A stretch of 64,000 bases of DNA from Candidatus Omnitrophota bacterium (GTDB taxonomy: Bacteria; Omnitrophota; Gorgyraeia; Zapsychrales; Fredricksoniimonadaceae): positions 320-64,319 of the forward strand of contig CAIOPG010000011.1 of NCBI GenBank assembly GCA_903860135.1, given 5' to 3'. The notes below the pieces were generated by a model. It made no database searches, was not told the DNA's origin, and saw only the letters and a list, made by a program, of their open reading frames with translations. This document shows positions 60,769 through 64,000 of the stretch, piece after piece. Position 1 is the stretch's first letter. Each line of letters begins with the position of its first letter. Made by a program: the position numbers and the translations under genes.

Positions 60769-61929
60769 TCATTTTCCCATACCGATCTTCTGGCTCATCT
60801 GGAAAACCTTCCCTTCGCTCTGGAAGGAATGGGCAATAATGATCTCAACATCATGCATTTCCTTGATGTTACTGGCACCGAGCGATCCCATGGATGTCTT
60901 AAGAGCGCCAACAAGATTCTGCGAACCGTCATCAACCTTGGCAGGACCCAGAAGAATTTCCTTGAGCGTCCCGGCCTGCCCAACCTTGACACGCGTACCG
61001 CGCGGTAAATTGGCATTGGATGTGGCCATGCCCCAGTGATAGCCTCGCCCGGGCGCCTCAAAAGATTTTGCGAAAGCAGAACCGACCATACAGGCATCAC
61101 CGCCGGCCGCGATGGCCTTGCAGATCTCGCCGCCGATGCGCATGCCGCCATCAGTGATGATCGGAACATACTTGCCTTTGCGCTTGAAGAAATAATCACG
61201 CGCCGCCGCACAATCGACCGTTGCCGTGATCTGCGGGACGCCGATCCCCAGGACACCACGGCTGGTGCACGCCGCGCCAGGGCCGATACCCACCAGGATC
61301 CCAGCCACACCGGCCTCCATCAGCTCCAGCGATACATCATAACTAACCGTATTCCCAAGGATCACGGGGATCTTTATTTCACGGCAGAACTTCTCGATAT
61401 CAAAAGCCTTGTATTCCGTGGCCACATGCCGCACCGTCGCAACGGTTGACTGGACAACGAACATATCACAACCGGCTTCCGTGGCAATATCAGCAAATTT
61501 CTTAGCATTTTGAGGGATACAGCTGACCACAGCGGGAACCTTGTGCTTCTTGATCTCTTCGATACGCCGGGCGATCAACGCATCCTTGACCGGCTTGGTG
61601 TAAAGCGTCTGGATCAGCTTGGTGGCTTCATCGGGGCTGGCTTCTGCGATTTGGTCGAGGATCTCGTCAGGATTTTCATAGCGCGTCTGGATACCATCAA
61701 GATTCAATACGGCAATACCACCGAGCTTGCCCATTTCGATGGCGAACTTGACATTCACAACCCCGTCCATCGACGCCGCCAGGATAGGAATATTAAATGT
61801 CATTTCGCCGATCGACCAGCTAGTATCGACCTCATTGGGATTAACCGTTTTGTCGCCAGGAACAAGGGCAACCTCATCGAAACCATAACAACGGCGAGCT
61901 CTGCGATTAATACCTATCCAGTCGGCCAT
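60769..61929 (-). CDS. IMP dehydrogenase-related protein (GuaB3 family, no CBS domains)
   Basis: RRCYGFDEVALVP, ASMDGV, GIGPGAACTSR (catalytic Cys), YHWGMAT. Directly upstream of guaA. Confidence 0.88.
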   Translation of the reverse strand: MADWIGINRRARRCYGFDEVALVPGDKTVNPNEVDTSWSIGEMTFNIPILAASMDGVVNVKFAIEMGKLGGIAVLNLDGIQTRYENPDEILDQIAEASPDEATKLIQTLYTKPVKDALIARRIEEIKKHKVPAVVSCIPQNAKKFADIATEAGCDMFVVQSTVATVRHVATEYKAFDIEKFCREIKIPVILGNTVSYDVSLELMEAGVAGILVGIGPGAACTSRGVLGIGVPQITATVDCAAARDYFFKRKGKYVPIITDGGMRIGGEICKAIAAGGDACMVGSAFAKSFEAPGRGYHWGMATSNANLPRGTRVKVGQAGTLKEILLGPAKVDDGSQNLVGALKTSMGSLGASNIKEMHDVEIIIAHSFQSEGKVFQMSQKIGMGK

Positions 61930-61998
61930 GAAACATAACCTCCAGTGTTTAAATCATTTATAAGAAATAAACGTATTTTATACTAAATATTAAGTATT

Positions 61999-62027
61999 AT
62001 ATTATTAAGAATAACGATGAATGTCAA
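61999..62027 (-). promoter_or_regulatory. Sigma70 promoter for guaB-guaA-dnaE
   Basis: Minus strand TTGACA (62027-22), 17 nt spacer, TAATAT (62004-61999). Confidence 0.6.
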
Positions 62028-62043
62028 ATGGAAAAATCCAGCC

Positions 62044-63720
62044 TCATATCTTTCGTCGACGCCAACCAAGAAAGAATCCGCCGCCCAACAGGCATAAAAC
62101 GGTCAGCCAAGAGATCAATTCTCCTGCCACACGCACCGGTGTGTGGCCGAACGTGATCCGGATATCATGAACCCCGGGGGGCACCGCAAAAACAATAAGG
62201 CCGTAAGGATTTTCAGGATGAATAGCCGTTTCCTGCCCGTCAATAAATACCTTCCAGCCTGGGAAATAAAAATGATGAAAACAAACAATGGCCGGCGTCG
62301 TGGCATTAACCGTAAACGCGTGGTGAACCCCCGAGATCTTTTGAGGAGCACTAATGATCGCCTGCCCCTGCATGACCAAATACCGTGCGGGTGGTGGCGC
62401 CATCGGGATCTTCTGGACCCATCGAGGAAGATATTCCATATTATCCATCGGCCAATGTGACCCTAAAAACGCGCGTGGCGAGGCCAGGTCGAGCGCATAA
62501 GTGGCATTGGGTTTGGCATAAGAAAAATTCAAAGCCAGGATCAGGGCAATGGCGCAAGGAACGATCCAGGCTGACGCACGGCCCGGTTTCCAGAGAACGA
62601 TAGCGCCGGACAAAAAAGACAGCACAAAAGCGATCAGCACGATCAAACGCCACGGCGCGGCGACATACTTGACCAGCGGCAACGATTCCCATACAAAGGC
62701 CGATGCCTTGAGCATCATAAACCCGCAGGCCACCCCCACCACCACCCAGAAAAACATGTGCCAGGATGTCTTTTTATCCGCACGCCACAGGATGGGGATC
62801 ACCGCCAGGGCGATCACAGTCAAAAACAAATGCCCGATGCCGATCTGAAAAGAATGCCCGTACCCCATCCCCCAATGCGCGTAAGTCCAGGCCGCAAAAA
62901 GCAGCTGGTACAGGCTCATCATGTGCACATGAAAATCCCAGTTGCCCTGGGTGATCTTGTTGATCATGACATACTGTTTTTCCGCTAGGGCGGGCAACCA
63001 GTAATAAGCTGTCAAGGCAAACGCACAGGTCATGGCCCCGCCGGACCAGATGATTTTCATCCATGATTTTGGGGAATCGATCACATACTGAAAAACAACA
63101 TACGCCACCATCACCGGAAAAAAGAAAAGCGCGATGGCATTATGGCTGATGATCAGCCCCGCAAACGCCAGCGCGGCCCAAACAAAATAAGCAAAGCGAG
63201 TATCCACCCAGAGCCGGTAAAAACCCCAGGCCGATAGCGGTAAAAAAACAAATGACAAAAACTGGGCATCGGCCGAACGCTGGTAAATATCACAGAGATG
63301 GAACGGCGCAAACACATACGCCACTGCCGATAAAAGAGCCCCCTGCCGCCCCCAGAAGTCACGGGCGAACAGGTACATCGCAAACCCGGAACCAATAAAC
63401 CCCAGGATCAAAATAATGTTGGTTCCAACCATGTAATTATTAACAATCAGCGAGGCAATAGCGGTGAGATAAGAAAAAAGCGGCGGATAAAAATTGAGCA
63501 GAGGATACCCGTACCCGTAATTGATATCCGGCAACCAGCGCCCCGCGACCTGCCCGTCCTGCCAGACCATGGCCAACCCCACGGTCTTGACCATGGCGCA
63601 GAAACTATCATTGAACTGAACGATCTCCGCCTTAAACAGCGGCAATGACGCCAACAGGGACACGAGGAGAATCACCCCCAGACAAAGCAGATCCTTAAAC
63701 GCCCATTTCCCCTTGCCCAT
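62044..63720 (-). CDS. Multi-pass membrane protein, PTPS-related/YfhO-like (GT-C fold glycosyltransferase candidate)
   Basis: RW.PD.NYGYGYPLLNFYPP, SHN, YWLPAL.E, PWR, FYFPGWKV.IDG motifs; many TM helices. Confidence 0.8.
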   Translation of the reverse strand: MGKGKWAFKDLLCLGVILLVSLLASLPLFKAEIVQFNDSFCAMVKTVGLAMVWQDGQVAGRWLPDINYGYGYPLLNFYPPLFSYLTAIASLIVNNYMVGTNIILILGFIGSGFAMYLFARDFWGRQGALLSAVAYVFAPFHLCDIYQRSADAQFLSFVFLPLSAWGFYRLWVDTRFAYFVWAALAFAGLIISHNAIALFFFPVMVAYVVFQYVIDSPKSWMKIIWSGGAMTCAFALTAYYWLPALAEKQYVMINKITQGNWDFHVHMMSLYQLLFAAWTYAHWGMGYGHSFQIGIGHLFLTVIALAVIPILWRADKKTSWHMFFWVVVGVACGFMMLKASAFVWESLPLVKYVAAPWRLIVLIAFVLSFLSGAIVLWKPGRASAWIVPCAIALILALNFSYAKPNATYALDLASPRAFLGSHWPMDNMEYLPRWVQKIPMAPPPARYLVMQGQAIISAPQKISGVHHAFTVNATTPAIVCFHHFYFPGWKVFIDGQETAIHPENPYGLIVFAVPPGVHDIRITFGHTPVRVAGELISWLTVLCLLGGGFFLGWRRRKI

Positions 63721-63850
63721 AGGTCTTTCTCCGGTTAATAATAAGACTTAATTCAAAAACAACACTCTTTCCTGCGGCAACTATATCACAGAGCATGCCG
63801 GGCAATCAACGCAAATAACACGCAAAAAGCGAACTTGGGGATAAATAATA

Positions 63851-63883
63851 AAAAAATCCCCGGGGATTAGCCGGGGATTTTTT
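63851..63883. terminator. Intrinsic terminator of groEL (bidirectional shape)
   Basis: aaaaaatccccgg - loop - ccggggatttttt perfect 13-bp inverted repeat. Confidence 0.85.
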
Positions 63884-63913
63884 GAACTCTTGCAACGGGT
63901 GCGTGTTCGGGAA

Positions 63914-64000
63914 TTACATCATCCCGCCCATGCCGCCGCCCATACCACCCATACCGCCGCCCATCGGAGGCATGGACGGTTTGTCTTTTTCAGGAGCATC
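63914..64000 (-). CDS. groEL: Chaperonin GroEL, C-terminal end (partial)
   Basis: Translates DAPEKDKPSMPPMGGGMGGMGGGMGGMM*, the GGM tail typical of GroEL. Confidence 0.9.
   Translation of the reverse strand, partial: DAPEKDKPSMPPMGGGMGGMGGGMGGMM

Noticed and set aside
61930-62043. Purine riboswitch upstream of guaB-guaA
   Set aside because: The leader is short and AT-rich with no recognisable aptamer stems; only a promoter is evident.

Overview
Bacterial chromosomal window. Gene families and architecture suggest a PVC-group organism, most likely Candidatus Omnitrophota (inference). Almost all genes are on the minus strand. (1) Positions 1-16 kb hold an AT-rich surface/secretion locus: a GspC/PilP-like membrane protein, a secretin, a TPR/coiled-coil protein, two paralogous secreted FGE-sulfatase (C-type-lectin-fold) proteins, and a giant ORF missing from the supplied track. 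That ORF starts at ATG 9440 and runs off the left edge (>=3146 aa). It encodes a signal peptide, an Ig-like domain and about 215-220 copies of a 13-aa repeat, G[IV]NWxD[IV]xx[LM][ST]xA, of which 204 consecutive copies keep an exact 39-nt register. (2) Positions 16-36 kb are a long housekeeping run: glycosyltransferases, S41 protease, lipoate ligase, gcvT-H-PA-PB, a GH161-like glucan phosphorylase, a deacetylase, YqeY, AsmA, RsmE and HPF. (3) An archaeal-type Hel308 helicase follows. A 28-bp piece of its 3' region recurs about 10 kb downstream, bracketing a decayed defence/toxin-antitoxin island: BrnT/A-like pair, 141-bp MITE, EcoRI-family methyltransferase plus DUF262-HNH nuclease, HipBST-like triad, HipBA, and several gene fragments. 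(4) Core genes close the window: pilT-like ATPase, recO, ybeY, HD hydrolase, aspS, hisS, HU/IHF, dnaE, guaA, GuaB3-like IMPDH, a membrane GT-C-like protein and the groEL 3' end. All family assignments come from motif recognition by eye, not database searches.
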